Positions 48,606 through 59,159 of a stretch of DNA of 64,000 nt are shown piece after piece; the first letter of the stretch is position 1; every line of letters starts with the position of its first letter. Location of the stretch: contig JBLMXQ010000090.1 in NCBI GenBank assembly GCA_050257855.1, forward strand, positions 624 to 64,623, in the 5' to 3' direction. The DNA comes from Betaproteobacteria bacterium (lineage in GTDB: Bacteria; Acidobacteriota; Vicinamibacteria; Vicinamibacterales; CAVVIG01). Position numbers and translations under genes: made by a program. The notes under the pieces were generated by a model. That model made no database searches, was not told where the DNA came from, and saw nothing but the letters and a program-made list of their open reading frames with translations.

Positions 48606-49622
48606 ATGCTTCACCGCTTCGCCAAGTTCGTCGCCGCCTGCACCGTGCTCCTCGTCCTCGCGGGAAGCCTCGTCACGAGCACCGGCTCGGGCCTGTCGGT
48701 CCCGGACTGGCCGACGACGTACGGCTGGAGCATGTTTACGTTCCCGCCGTCCAAATGGGTCGGCGGCATCTTCTACGAGCACGGACACCGGCTGATCGCG
48801 AGCTCGGTCGGAATGCTGACGATCGTCCTGGCCGCGTGGCTGTGGTTCTCCGAGCCGCGCCGCTGGATGCGGTGGCTGGGCGTGGCGGCGCTCGGCGCCG
48901 TGGTGGCACAGGGCATCCTCGGCGGCCTCACCGTCCTGTTCTTCCTGCCCGCGCCGGTCTCGACGGCGCACGCCGGGCTCGCCGAAATCTTCTTCTGCAT
49001 GACGGTGGCGATTGCGGTCTTCACGTCGCCGCGGTGGATAGCGGGCTACGGCCGCCGCGCCGGCGAGCCGGCGGGCGTCGACGATCCGGCACTGCGGCGC
49101 GTCGCGACCGCGACGACCGCGCTCATCTTCGTTCAGATCCTCATCGGCGCCACGATGCGGCACACCGGCGCGGGGCTCGCGATCCCGACGTTCCCGCTCG
49201 CGTGGGGGCACGTCATCCCGACGCACTGGGATCCGAAGATCGCAGTGCACTTCGCGCACCGCGTCGGCGCGCTCGTGGTGACGCTCTTCATCGTCGCGAC
49301 GGCGGCGCACGCGTGGTATCACGAACGGCACCGGACCGAGCTGACGCGCCCGGCCGCGCTGCTCGTCGGCCTGGTCGCCGTGCAGATCACGCTCGGCGCG
49401 CTGACCGTGTTGAGCCGCCGCGACGTGGGGATCAACAGCGCGCACGTCGTGTGCGGCGCCCTGACGTTCGCGACGTCGCTGGTGGTGACGCTCCGGAGCT
49501 GGCGGTTCCGGTTCGCGACGCCCGCAATCGCGGTAGACGTGCGGGCCGCCTCGCCCGCCCTGTCAGCCTCGCCCCTGGCGGGCCGACCCGCCGGCCCGGC
49601 CCGGTCCGGAGTCCGCGCTTGA
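48606..49622 (+). CDS. ctaA: Heme A synthase (COX15/CtaA family)
   Basis: GLSVPDWP, EHGHR, QGILGG, HAGLA, HFAHR, QITLG, SAHV. Confidence 0.88.
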   Translation: MLHRFAKFVAACTVLLVLAGSLVTSTGSGLSVPDWPTTYGWSMFTFPPSKWVGGIFYEHGHRLIASSVGMLTIVLAAWLWFSEPRRWMRWLGVAALGAVVAQGILGGLTVLFFLPAPVSTAHAGLAEIFFCMTVAIAVFTSPRWIAGYGRRAGEPAGVDDPALRRVATATTALIFVQILIGATMRHTGAGLAIPTFPLAWGHVIPTHWDPKIAVHFAHRVGALVVTLFIVATAAHAWYHERHRTELTRPAALLVGLVAVQITLGALTVLSRRDVGINSAHVVCGALTFATSLVVTLRSWRFRFATPAIAVDVRAASPALSASPLAGRPAGPARSGVRA

Positions 49623-50530
49623 AGACCGTGCAGGCCGAAGCCACTGTGCCGGTCGCGCTCGCCTCCGGCACCGCACCCTCCCGCGTCGTCGACTATTTCG
49701 CCTTGACCAAACCCCGGCTCAACTTCCTCGTCGTCGCGACGAGCGCCGCCGGGTACTACCTCGGCACGCAAGGCACGCCGGACCTCGCGAAGATGGCGGC
49801 CGCGGTCGCCGGTACGGCGTTCGTGGCCGGCGGCGCGGCCGCGCTGAACCAGGTCTACGAGCGCGACACGGATGCGCTGATGCGGCGGACCCGGATGCGC
49901 CCGCTGCCGGATCGCCGGCTGGCGCCGGGCGACGCACGCGTCTTCGGCCTGGCGCTCTCCGGGCTCGGACTGGCGCTGCTGGCGACGCGCGCCAACCTGC
50001 TGGCGGCCCTGCTCGCGCTCGTCACGCTGATCGTCTATCTCGTCGTCTACACGCCGATGAAGCGGCGGTCGCCGTCCGCCACGCTGGTCGGCGCCGTGCC
50101 CGGCGCGCTTCCGCCGTTGATTGGCTGGGCGGCGGCGAGCGGCTCGCTGTCAATCGGCGGCTGGACGCTCTTTGCGATCGTGTTCCTGTGGCAGGTCCCG
50201 CATTTCATGGCGATCGCCTGGCTGTATCGCGACGACTACCGCTCGGCCGGCTTTCCGCTGCTGCCGGTCGTGGAACCCGATGGCCGGCAGACCGGCCGCC
50301 AGGCGCTGGCGTACGCGTCGGCGCTCCTGCCGGTCAGCCTCGTGCCGACGATCGTCGGCCTGAGCGGCCCGATTTATTTCGGGCTGGCGCTCGTGCTTGG
50401 CACCGCCCTGCTCTGGCTGGCCGTGAAATTCTCCCGCACCCGCACGAACGCGGCCGCCCGCGCCTTATTCTTCGCGTCCATCACGTACCTGCCGCTCATC
50501 TGGATCGCGATGATCGCGAGCAAGCAATAG
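49619..50530 (+). CDS. ctaB: Protoheme IX farnesyltransferase (heme O synthase)
   Basis: LTKPR, NQVYERDTDALMRRTRMRPLP, YTPMKR, GALPPLIGW, WQVPHF; TTGA overlap. Confidence 0.95.
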   Translation: MKTVQAEATVPVALASGTAPSRVVDYFALTKPRLNFLVVATSAAGYYLGTQGTPDLAKMAAAVAGTAFVAGGAAALNQVYERDTDALMRRTRMRPLPDRRLAPGDARVFGLALSGLGLALLATRANLLAALLALVTLIVYLVVYTPMKRRSPSATLVGAVPGALPPLIGWAAASGSLSIGGWTLFAIVFLWQVPHFMAIAWLYRDDYRSAGFPLLPVVEPDGRQTGRQALAYASALLPVSLVPTIVGLSGPIYFGLALVLGTALLWLAVKFSRTRTNAAARALFFASITYLPLIWIAMIASKQ

Positions 50531-50581
50531 AATCAGGTTCACGGGGTTCACAGGGTTCATGACCTGCAGAACCCCGAACCC

Positions 50582-51028
50582 GTGCACCAGGTGAACCCCC
50601 TGAGCCTGTTCGGTCTTCTTCCCGCCGTCAACGCGAGCCTGAACGCGCTGTCGGCGATTCTGCTGGTGATCGGATACGTGATGATCCGGACGCGGCGCAT
50701 CGAGCTGCACCGCCGCGTGATGATTGCGGCGTTCGTCACCTCGTCGCTGTTCCTGGCCTGCTATCTCGTGTATCACGCGAAGGTCGGGAACGTCCGGTTC
50801 ATGCGCCAGGGAATCGTGCGGCCCGTCTACTTCACGATCCTCATCACGCACGTGACACTCGCGGCGCTCGTCCTGCCGCTGGCGCTCGTCACGCTGTCGC
50901 GCGCACTCAAGGCGCGTTTCCCCCAGCACCGCCGAATCGCGCGATGGACGCTCCCGGTGTGGTTGTACGTGTCGGTGACCGGCGTGCTCGTCTACGTCCT
51001 GCTCTACCAGCCCGGCTGGCTCTTCTGA
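50582..51028 (+). CDS. DUF420 membrane protein
   Basis: PAVNASLN, HRRVM, FLACYLVYH, LITH, HRRIARWT.PVWLYVSVTGV. Confidence 0.9.
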   Translation: MHQVNPLSLFGLLPAVNASLNALSAILLVIGYVMIRTRRIELHRRVMIAAFVTSSLFLACYLVYHAKVGNVRFMRQGIVRPVYFTILITHVTLAALVLPLALVTLSRALKARFPQHRRIARWTLPVWLYVSVTGVLVYVLLYQPGWLF

Positions 51029-51088
51029 GCGCACGCTGGGCCCTTCAACCCAGCTCCCAGGAGCCCCCAGCCGCGTGCGTCCCAGTTC

Positions 51089-53503
51089 CTAGTACAGCTC
51101 GTACTTCTTCGCAACCCGCCGCCACGCGTCTTCTTCGGGCTTCCACGACGCGGCGATTGCCGACGGGTCGTCGCCGGCACGGATTCGCTTCAGCGTCTCG
51201 GCGGATCCGAACAGGGTCAGCGCCTTTTCGAGCTCGAATGTCGCGCCGTAGAGGCGCGAGAGCGCGGCGGCGATCTCGAGCCCGACGCGCACCGGACGGA
51301 CGGCCCGCCGGTCGGTGACGATGAGGAACACGCCGTGGCAGCGCTCGCCGCCGAGCTTCGCGCCCGTCTGTGGGGTGAAGCTCACAGGGTAGAAGCGGAC
51401 GCCGGCGATGCCGCGGGCGTCGAGGGCCGCGGCCAGCGCGACGCCGTCGATCCAGGGCGCGCCGACCTGCTCGAACGGCGTATCGGTGCCGCGGCCGACC
51501 GACACGTTGGTCTGCTCGATCGCGCCCAGGCCGGGGTAGAGCGTCGCCGCGGTCATCGTGCGCAGGTTCGGCGACGGGTTGACCCACTCCAGCCCGGTCT
51601 CGTCGAACCACTCGGTGCGCAGCCAGTGCTGCATCGGCACGACCGTCAGATCCGCCCCGATGCCGGCTTCGACGTTGAACAGCCGCGCCAGCTCGCCGAT
51701 CGTGAGGCCGTGACGGATCGGCATCGGCAGGTATCCGACGTAGCGACTGCCACCCGGCGCCTGCATCGGCCCTTCGACGTCGATGCCGTCGATCGGGTTC
51801 GGCCGATCGAGCACGACGACCGGCAGTTTCCGCGCGGCCGCGGCTTCCATCACGTACGCGACGGCGGCGGGATAGGTGTAGAACCGGGCGCCGGCATCCT
51901 GCAGATCGACGACGAGCGCGTCGAGGCCGTCGAGCATCGCCGCGGTCGGCTTCCGCGTGTCGCCGTACAGCGAGTAGATCGGCAGGCCGGTCTTCGCGTC
52001 CCGGGACGACTCGATCTTCTCGTCCCGGTCGCCGCGGATGCCGTGCTCGGGGCTGAAGAGCGCGACCAGGCGGACGCCCCTGGCTTCCGCCAGAGCGTCG
52101 ATCGTGCTCGCCCCGGATCGCAGCCGACCGGTCTGGTTCGTCAGCAGCCCGACCCGCTTGCCGGCGAGCGGCGCGAAGTTCTGTGCGGCGAGGACGTCGA
52201 TGCCGGCGAGGGTTGGCGGCGACGGCGCCGCCCGGCTCACGCCTCCCGCTTCCGGCCGAGCCTCGGTCTGGCGGCCGTCGCCGCGCAGGCGGCGCGCTCG
52301 CTCCACATCCTGCTGCGTGTAGATCGCCGAGGCCGCAATCGTCGAGACGCGCGCTCGAAGCGGCGTCACGTCCCCCGTGCCGTCCGGATGCACGCGATTC
52401 GACAGGAAGATGACGTAGCTGCGCGTCGCGGGATCCAGCCACAGACCGGTGCCGGTGAAGCCGGTGTGCCCGTATGTGCTCCCGACCGGAAACAGCTCGC
52501 CGCGGTTCGCGGCGAACGACGAGTCGATGTCCCAGCCGAGCCCGCGCACGTCCCGCATGCCGCGCGGCGTGGACGGACGCGTCATCCGCGCCACGGCCGC
52601 CGGGGCGAGGATGCGCACGCCGTCGAGCGTCCCGCCGGCGAGCAGCATCCGGCAGTAGCGCGACAGATCCGCGGCGGTACTGAACAGGCCCGCATGACCG
52701 GCAAAGCCGCCCATCCTCCGCGCGGTCGGATCGTGAACGACGCCGCGCAGAAACGGGGCGTCCGGCTGGTTGCACGGCCAGGCGAGCGGCCGGCACCGCT
52801 GGGTCGGCGCGATCCGCGCCCGGAGGGACGCGGGCGGCAGGAACATCGTGTCGTGCATCCCGAGCGGCTCGAATATGCGCGCGCGCGCGTAGCGATCGAG
52901 CGTCTCGCCGCTCACGCGCCGGACGATGTCGCCGAGGAGGAAGAAATTGATGTCGCTGTAGACGAACCGGGATCCGGGGGGCGCGTCGAGCCTCAGCGCC
53001 GACGCGCGGCGGATCGCTTCGTCGGCGCCGGAGAACTCGACCTCGAGCGGCAGGTCGGGCGGCAGCCCGGACGTGTGCGTCAGGAGATCGAGGATGGTGA
53101 TGCGATCCTTGCCGTCCACGCCGAACTCCGGGATGAACCGCGCGACCGGATCGTCGAGCCGGATCCGCCCCTGCTCGACGAGCTGCATGACAGCCGGCGT
53201 CGTGGCGATCACCTTCGTGAGCGACGCGAGGTCGAAGATCGTGTCCTCGGTCATCGGCTCTGGCGCGGGCTGGACGGCCCGATGGCCGAACGCGTGATGA
53301 TAGAGGACCCTGTCGCCGCGTCCGACGACGATGACCGCGCCCGGCAGTTCGTGCCGGGCGATCGCCTCGTCCACGGCCCGTGCGATCGGCGCCCAGCGAT
53401 CCGGCGGAGCGGTTTCCTGCGCGCGTGCCGAGGCGAGGACGGCAGTCGCCGCGACGGCCGTGACGAGCGCCGCCCGGCCGCCCCGAGCGGACGGTCGTTT
53501 CAT
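51089..53503 (-). CDS. Fusion of class-C beta-lactamase-like serine hydrolase and DUF1343 (NamZ-like exo-muramidase)
   Basis: FDLASLTK, YSD, GHTGFTG; then GLLTNQT, LFSPEHG, DLQDAGARFYTY, DRPNP, RHGLTIGE, SPNL. Confidence 0.9.
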   Translation of the reverse strand: MKRPSARGGRAALVTAVAATAVLASARAQETAPPDRWAPIARAVDEAIARHELPGAVIVVGRGDRVLYHHAFGHRAVQPAPEPMTEDTIFDLASLTKVIATTPAVMQLVEQGRIRLDDPVARFIPEFGVDGKDRITILDLLTHTSGLPPDLPLEVEFSGADEAIRRASALRLDAPPGSRFVYSDINFFLLGDIVRRVSGETLDRYARARIFEPLGMHDTMFLPPASLRARIAPTQRCRPLAWPCNQPDAPFLRGVVHDPTARRMGGFAGHAGLFSTAADLSRYCRMLLAGGTLDGVRILAPAAVARMTRPSTPRGMRDVRGLGWDIDSSFAANRGELFPVGSTYGHTGFTGTGLWLDPATRSYVIFLSNRVHPDGTGDVTPLRARVSTIAASAIYTQQDVERARRLRGDGRQTEARPEAGGVSRAAPSPPTLAGIDVLAAQNFAPLAGKRVGLLTNQTGRLRSGASTIDALAEARGVRLVALFSPEHGIRGDRDEKIESSRDAKTGLPIYSLYGDTRKPTAAMLDGLDALVVDLQDAGARFYTYPAAVAYVMEAAAARKLPVVVLDRPNPIDGIDVEGPMQAPGGSRYVGYLPMPIRHGLTIGELARLFNVEAGIGADLTVVPMQHWLRTEWFDETGLEWVNPSPNLRTMTAATLYPGLGAIEQTNVSVGRGTDTPFEQVGAPWIDGVALAAALDARGIAGVRFYPVSFTPQTGAKLGGERCHGVFLIVTDRRAVRPVRVGLEIAAALSRLYGATFELEKALTLFGSAETLKRIRAGDDPSAIAASWKPEEDAWRRVAKKYELY

Positions 53504-53644
53504 CACAGGGGGTTTCACGCCGTTCGGCTGCGGCCTCGCGCTCCAGGGCCGCGCGGCCGTCGGGCTTCGCGCTCCGTGGGGCGATTCAATATATACTGAG
53601 CGAACGTTACGGACACTTTACCGCGTGTTTCAGGGGGACTGACC

Positions 53645-54589
53645 ATGCGTCATCGTCTTTATTTCTGGAGGGCGGTGCTCGCCGCGCTCCTCGTCACGGC
53701 ATGGGCCGGCCTGGCGTCGGCCCAGATCGGGCGTGTCGGCGGCCAGGTCAAGGACGAGACCGGGAAGCCGATCAAGGGCGCGACCGTCACCGCCGAGAAC
53801 CCCAACGCGTCGCCGAGCTCGTTCAAGGCGACCACCGATGACAAGGGCCAGTTCTCCATCATCGGCCTCCGGGCGGGCTCGTGGACCTTCACGGCATCCG
53901 CCCCTGGCTTCGCTCCCGAGTCGGGCAAGTTGAACGTGTCGACGATCGGGTCGCCGAATCCGCCGATGACCTTCACGCTGCGCAAGGGCGGCGGTGGCGT
54001 TCCGGGACTCGAGGGCGTCGACGCCAAGGCGCTCCAGGCCGATCTCACGGCCGCCGACAACCTTTACAACACCAAGCAGTGGGACGAGGCAATCGCCGCT
54101 TACAAGGCGATCCTCGCGAAGGCGCCGACGCTCTCGGTCATCAACCTGCAGATCGCCGCCTGCTATCGCAACAAGAAGGACTACGACTCGGCAATCGCCG
54201 CCTACAACGAGGTGCTCAAGGCCGACCCGACGAACGACAAGGCGAAGATCGGCATCGGCATGACCAACCTCGAGAAGGGCGATCTGACCGCCGCGGAGCA
54301 GACGCTGTCCGAGGCCGCGCAGGGCATGGGCGCCAGCAAGGAGGTCTTCTACAACCTCGGCGAGGTGAAGTTCGCCAAGGGCGAGACCGACGATGCGGCC
54401 AAGTGGTATCAGAAGGCGGCCGACGCCGATCCGAACTGGGGCAAGCCGGTCTTCAAGCTCGCGCTTGTCGCCCTGAACAAGGGCGACAAGGACGGCGCGG
54501 CGAAGCTCTTCCAGAAGGTCATCGACGTCGATCCGATGTCGCCCGAAGCAGCGCAGGCCAAGGCGGTCATCGAGCAGCTCAAGAAATAG
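53645..54589 (+). CDS. Exported carboxypeptidase-regulatory-like domain plus TPR protein
   Basis: Signal peptide; GQVKDETGKPIKGATV, TDDKGQF..GLR.G.W; TPR repeats. Confidence 0.88.
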   Translation: MRHRLYFWRAVLAALLVTAWAGLASAQIGRVGGQVKDETGKPIKGATVTAENPNASPSSFKATTDDKGQFSIIGLRAGSWTFTASAPGFAPESGKLNVSTIGSPNPPMTFTLRKGGGGVPGLEGVDAKALQADLTAADNLYNTKQWDEAIAAYKAILAKAPTLSVINLQIAACYRNKKDYDSAIAAYNEVLKADPTNDKAKIGIGMTNLEKGDLTAAEQTLSEAAQGMGASKEVFYNLGEVKFAKGETDDAAKWYQKAADADPNWGKPVFKLALVALNKGDKDGAAKLFQKVIDVDPMSPEAAQAKAVIEQLKK

Positions 54590-54597
54590 ACGAGCCG

Positions 54598-54703
54598 GTG
54601 CTGCGTGCCGGCTGCCGGGCGCTGACGGAGGTTGGTGGTCCGCACCAGCAGCCGGCACCCGGCACCCGGTACCAGGCACCCGAGCACTCAAGCACCAAAG
54701 CAC
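54598..54703. repeat. Inverted arrays of 7/8-mers (GCACCCG-like)
   Basis: ggtgctg cgtgccg gctgccg ... gcacccg gcacccg gtaccag gcacccga gcactcaa gcaccaaa gcac. Confidence 0.7.
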
Positions 54704-54706
54704 GCT

Positions 54707-56929
54707 GTGGCCCGCTCCCTCCGCTCCACGATCATCCTCGGCCTGGTCGCGATAGGGACGGTGCTCGCCGCGGTCGGCGGCTGGCGCTACGCGCGGGCCT
54801 CGGCGCCCGTCAACGGGCCGATCGTCCTCATCTCCATCGACACGCTCCGCGCGGATCATCTGCCGGTGTACGGATACACCAAGGTGCGGACGCCCGCGAT
54901 CGACGCCCTCGCGCGCGACGGCGTCGTGTTCGACCACGCCTATTCGCACGCGCCGCAGACGCTGCCGGCGCACACGGCGCTCCTCTCGGGCCGGCTGCCG
55001 TTCGACACCGGCGTGCGCGACAATCTCGGCTTCACCGTGCCGCCGAAGGTGCGCCTGCTGCCGCAGATGCTCCACGACCGCGGCTACGCGACGGGCGGCG
55101 TCGTGTCCGCCTTCGTGCTGCGGCACGAGACCGGCATCTCGCGCGGCTTCGATTTCTTCGACGACAAGATGCCACCGAGCTCGCCGGAGGTGACGATCGG
55201 CGAGATCCAGCGTGACGGCGGCGAGTCCGAGGCGATCGCCGAGCGCTGGCTGACGCGCATCGGCACCTCGCGCGCCTTCCTGTTCCTGCATCTCTACGAG
55301 CCGCACAAGCCCTACACACCGCCGGCGCGGTACGCGCAGTACGCGCCCTACGACGGCGAGATCGCCTACGCGGACGAAATCGTCGGCCGACTGATGAAGT
55401 ATCTGAAGACGCATCAGCTGTACGATCAGTCGACGATCGTGCTCCTGGCGGATCACGGCGAGGGACTCGGAGATCACGGCGAACAGGAGCACGGCCTGTT
55501 CGTCTACGACGAGACGATCCACGTGCCGCTCATCGTGAAGATGCCCGGCGGCGAGCACGGCGGCCGCCGCATTCCGGACGTCGTGAGCCAGGTCGACATC
55601 GTCCCGACCATCCTCGATCTCGTCAAGGCGCCGATTCCCGACAACCTGCGCGGGCGGTCGCTGACGCCGCTGCTCGACGGCACAGGACAGCTGCCCGAGC
55701 AGGCGGTGTATTCGGAGGCGATGTACGGCCGCTACCACTTCGGGTGGAGTGAGCTGACGGCGCTCACCGACGGGCGCTACCGCTACATCAAGGCGCCGCA
55801 CGATGAGTTGTATGACCTCGAGCGCGACCCGCACGAACGCGACAATCTCGCGGGCGACCGCCCACAGGCGCGCATGGCCCTGCGCAGCGCGCTCGATCGT
55901 CTGACCAACGGGACGAAAATCGACGCGCCGGCCGAGGTCTCGGCCGACGCGCGCGAACGGCTGGCCGCGCTCGGCTACGTCGGATCGCAGGCAGCCCCGC
56001 CGGACACGCCGGGCGACGAGCTGCCCGACCCCAAGGACAAGCTCGACATCCTCGAGCGCTACCGGGCCGCCGTAGATCTGGCCCAGGCACGCCAGTGGCC
56101 GCAGGCGATCGCCCTGCTGCAGCAAATCCTGAAGGACGACCCGGGCATGGCGGACGTGTGGACGCAGCTGGCGACCATCGACATCCGCGCCGCACGCTTC
56201 GAGCAGGCGATCGACGCGTACAAGCACGCAATCGAGCTCCAGCCGGCCGTCGCAAACACGTACATCGGCGCCGCGTCCGCCATGCTCCACCTCCGGAAGT
56301 TCGAAGATGCCCGGAAGCACGCGGAGCTGGCAGCGCAGGTGGCCAGCGACGCGAACGACGCGCACATGGTCGCCTCCGCGCATGAGATGCTGGCGAACAT
56401 CGCGCTCGCCCGCCACGACGAGGACGCGGCGCGCCAGGAAGCGGCGCTCGCGCAGAAAGCCGAACCCTCGCTGCCCATCGCCGCGTACGTCGATGCGCGC
56501 CTGCTGTACGACGCCGGAAGGTACGAGGACGCGCTCCCGCTGTTCGAGCAGGCGATCGCAGCGCTGAAGGCGCCTGGCTCAATCCAGATGCCGGAGCTGC
56601 ATTACTACGCCGGCGATACGCTCGGGCGCCTCGAGCGCTACCCGGAGGCCGAAGCCGAGTTCGAGCAGGAGCTGCGCTTCTTCCCGCAGAACTTCCGCGC
56701 GCGCGCCGGCCTGGCAATGCTCTACCAGGCGACCGGCCGGCCGGACGCCGCCGGCCGCGCCATCACCGACATGGTCCGCATCACACCGACGCCGGAGTCC
56801 TACGCCCTCGGCGTGCGCCTCTGGACGATGTTCGGCAATCCCGATCAAGCCAATGCCCTCCGCACGGAAGCGCGCCGCACCTTCGCCGAAGCCCCGCGGC
56901 CCGGCGCGCGGCCCGGCCGCCAGCGCTGA
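54707..56929 (+). CDS. Alkaline-phosphatase-superfamily 'sulfatase-like' protein (Thr nucleophile) plus TPRs, paralog 1
   Basis: IDTLRAD, QTLPAH, HLYEPH.PY, ADHGE, ELYDL..DP, LAALGY, TPRs; GTG start assumed. Confidence 0.88.
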   Translation: MARSLRSTIILGLVAIGTVLAAVGGWRYARASAPVNGPIVLISIDTLRADHLPVYGYTKVRTPAIDALARDGVVFDHAYSHAPQTLPAHTALLSGRLPFDTGVRDNLGFTVPPKVRLLPQMLHDRGYATGGVVSAFVLRHETGISRGFDFFDDKMPPSSPEVTIGEIQRDGGESEAIAERWLTRIGTSRAFLFLHLYEPHKPYTPPARYAQYAPYDGEIAYADEIVGRLMKYLKTHQLYDQSTIVLLADHGEGLGDHGEQEHGLFVYDETIHVPLIVKMPGGEHGGRRIPDVVSQVDIVPTILDLVKAPIPDNLRGRSLTPLLDGTGQLPEQAVYSEAMYGRYHFGWSELTALTDGRYRYIKAPHDELYDLERDPHERDNLAGDRPQARMALRSALDRLTNGTKIDAPAEVSADARERLAALGYVGSQAAPPDTPGDELPDPKDKLDILERYRAAVDLAQARQWPQAIALLQQILKDDPGMADVWTQLATIDIRAARFEQAIDAYKHAIELQPAVANTYIGAASAMLHLRKFEDARKHAELAAQVASDANDAHMVASAHEMLANIALARHDEDAARQEAALAQKAEPSLPIAAYVDARLLYDAGRYEDALPLFEQAIAALKAPGSIQMPELHYYAGDTLGRLERYPEAEAEFEQELRFFPQNFRARAGLAMLYQATGRPDAAGRAITDMVRITPTPESYALGVRLWTMFGNPDQANALRTEARRTFAEAPRPGARPGRQR

Positions 56930-59060
56930 GCGGCGCCGCCGCCCGCCGGCGCTCGCCGCGGCCGGGGCGATGCTCGCCGTCCTCGGCGCCGCTGCGTGGT
57001 GGTGGTGGCCCCGCACCGCCCCGCAGGTCGATCTGCATCCGATCGCGCGTCAGAACGTGCTGCTCGTCACCATCGACACGCTGCGCGCCGACGCGCTCGA
57101 CTGCTACGGAGGCCCGGCCCGCACGCCCGCGCTCGATCGGCTGGCCACCGAGGGCGTGCGCTTCACCTTCGCGCACGCGCAGGCCCCGCTCACGCTGCCG
57201 TCTCACACGAGCATCCTGACCGGCGAGTATCCGTACCAGCACGGGGTCCGCGAGAACAGCGGATACCGCCTGGCGCCCGGCGCCCGCACGCTCGCCACGA
57301 TCCTGAAATCCGACGGCTACGCGACCGGCGCGTTCGTGTCCGCGTTCCCGTTGAACTCCCGCTTCGGCCTGAACCAGGGCTTCGACGTCTACGACGATCA
57401 CGTTGGCGAGACGCGCTCGCCGACCGAGTTCGTCATGCCCGAGCGCCCCGGCACGGCGACGGTCGCGATCGCGCGGCCGTGGATTGCCGCCAGGCAGCGC
57501 GATGGCGGCAGACCGTGGTTCGCGTGGGTCCACGTGTTCGATCCGCACGCGCCGTATCAGCCGCCGCCGCCCTTCGACCGCGAGTACGCCGACCGCCCCT
57601 ACTACGGTGAAGTGGCCGCCGCCGACAGCGCCCTGGCGCCGCTCCTCGACGATGTCCGCCGGGCGCCGCAGCCCACCCTCGTCGTCGTGACCGGCGACCA
57701 CGGCGAAGCGCTCGGCGATCATGGAGAAGCGACGCACGGGCTGTTCGCGTACGAATCGACCCTGCGGATTCCGCTGATCGTCGCGGAGGTGGGCGGCGGG
57801 CGGCCGGAATCCACGCGGGGCGAGGTGTCCGACGTGCCCGTGCGCCACGTGGACCTGCTGCCGACCATCCTCGACGCCGTCGGCCAGCGCGCTCCGGAGG
57901 GCCTGCCGGGCCGCACGCTGCTGCCGGCTGCCGAGCGCCGCGACGGCGCGGCGCCTCGGCCGTCGTACTTCGAGGCGATGTCCGCGATGCTCAACCGCGG
58001 CTGGGCTCCCCTGACCGGCATCGTCGCGGGCCGCGACAAGTACATCGACCTGCCCATCCCCGAGCTGTACAACCTTGCGCGCGATCCAGGCGAGCAGACG
58101 AATCTCGTCTCGCGCGACGCCGATCGCGCGCGCGTCCTCCAGACCGCCCTCCGCGGCTTCCACGCGGCCCTCCCGGGACAGCGGCAGACCGAGGACCCGA
58201 AAGCGCTCGCCGAACTGCAGGCGCTCGGGTACATCTCCGGCGAGGCGCCCCTCAAGGCGCATTACACGGAGGCCGACGATCCGAAGCGGCTCGTCGATCT
58301 CGACGCGGCCCTGCACCGCGGCGTCGAGCTGTACGGCGAGCATCGTCTGCCCGAGGCCGAGCATGTGTATCAGGCGATCATCAGCCGGCGTCCCGACATG
58401 TCGGTCGCCTACCGCCATCTCGCGTTCGTCCATTGGGAGAGCGGCGATGTTCGCGGCGCGGTCGACGTGCTGAGGCGCGCGATCCAGGCGCACGTCCGCG
58501 ACGACGGCATCACGGCGCAGCTTGCGAACTACCTCGCCGAAACCGGCGATCCCGAGGAAGCGGTGCGCCTGCTCGCGCCGGTGGCGCAGGAGCAGACGCC
58601 GGACCTGGATGCGCTGAACGCGCTGGGAATCGCGTACGCCCGAAGCGGCCGGCCGAAGCTGGCGCGGCAGGTGTTCGAGCGCATGCTGGACGCGAGTCCG
58701 GCGAGCGGGATGGCGTTCGAGAACCTCGGAGCGCTCGACCTCGGGGAGAACGACCTCGCAGCGGCCCGCCAGCATTTCACGCGCGCGGTTCAACTCGATC
58801 CCCGATCCTCCCAGGCCCATGCCGGGCTCGGCGTTGTCGCCGTCAAGAGCGGCGATCGACAGCAGGCCGTGGCCGAGTGGCGGAAGGCGGTCGAGCTCGA
58901 CCCGACGAACTTCGACGCGCTCTACAACCTCGCGACGACGCTCGAAGACGAGGGCCAGAGGGAGGCTGCGCGACCCTATCTCGACCAGTTCGTCCGCACT
59001 GCCCCGCCGGCACTGTACGGCCCCGAGATCCGGCAGCTATCGGCGGTAATGCAGAAATAA
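56853..59060 (+). CDS. Sulfatase-like (Thr) plus TPR protein, paralog 2
   Basis: IDTLRAD, LTLPSH, HVFDPH.PY, GDHGE, LQALGY, TPRs; start could be 56970. Confidence 0.88.
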   Translation: MPSARKRAAPSPKPRGPARGPAASAERRRRPPALAAAGAMLAVLGAAAWWWWPRTAPQVDLHPIARQNVLLVTIDTLRADALDCYGGPARTPALDRLATEGVRFTFAHAQAPLTLPSHTSILTGEYPYQHGVRENSGYRLAPGARTLATILKSDGYATGAFVSAFPLNSRFGLNQGFDVYDDHVGETRSPTEFVMPERPGTATVAIARPWIAARQRDGGRPWFAWVHVFDPHAPYQPPPPFDREYADRPYYGEVAAADSALAPLLDDVRRAPQPTLVVVTGDHGEALGDHGEATHGLFAYESTLRIPLIVAEVGGGRPESTRGEVSDVPVRHVDLLPTILDAVGQRAPEGLPGRTLLPAAERRDGAAPRPSYFEAMSAMLNRGWAPLTGIVAGRDKYIDLPIPELYNLARDPGEQTNLVSRDADRARVLQTALRGFHAALPGQRQTEDPKALAELQALGYISGEAPLKAHYTEADDPKRLVDLDAALHRGVELYGEHRLPEAEHVYQAIISRRPDMSVAYRHLAFVHWESGDVRGAVDVLRRAIQAHVRDDGITAQLANYLAETGDPEEAVRLLAPVAQEQTPDLDALNALGIAYARSGRPKLARQVFERMLDASPASGMAFENLGALDLGENDLAAARQHFTRAVQLDPRSSQAHAGLGVVAVKSGDRQQAVAEWRKAVELDPTNFDALYNLATTLEDEGQREAARPYLDQFVRTAPPALYGPEIRQLSAVMQK

Positions 59061-59159
59061 ATCGCCGGCCAGCCAGATGGAGCCTCGCGCGCCGCCATCC
59101 GGGGCGTACGATAAAATCGTTCAATTGAGAACGCGTGCGCCTGCGGCCATGGCAAGAAC

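Noticed and set aside
51089-53503. Beta-lactamase-NamZ fusion as a novelty or resistance gene
   Set aside because: This fusion is, to my knowledge, a common architecture linked to peptidoglycan turnover; no sign of mobility
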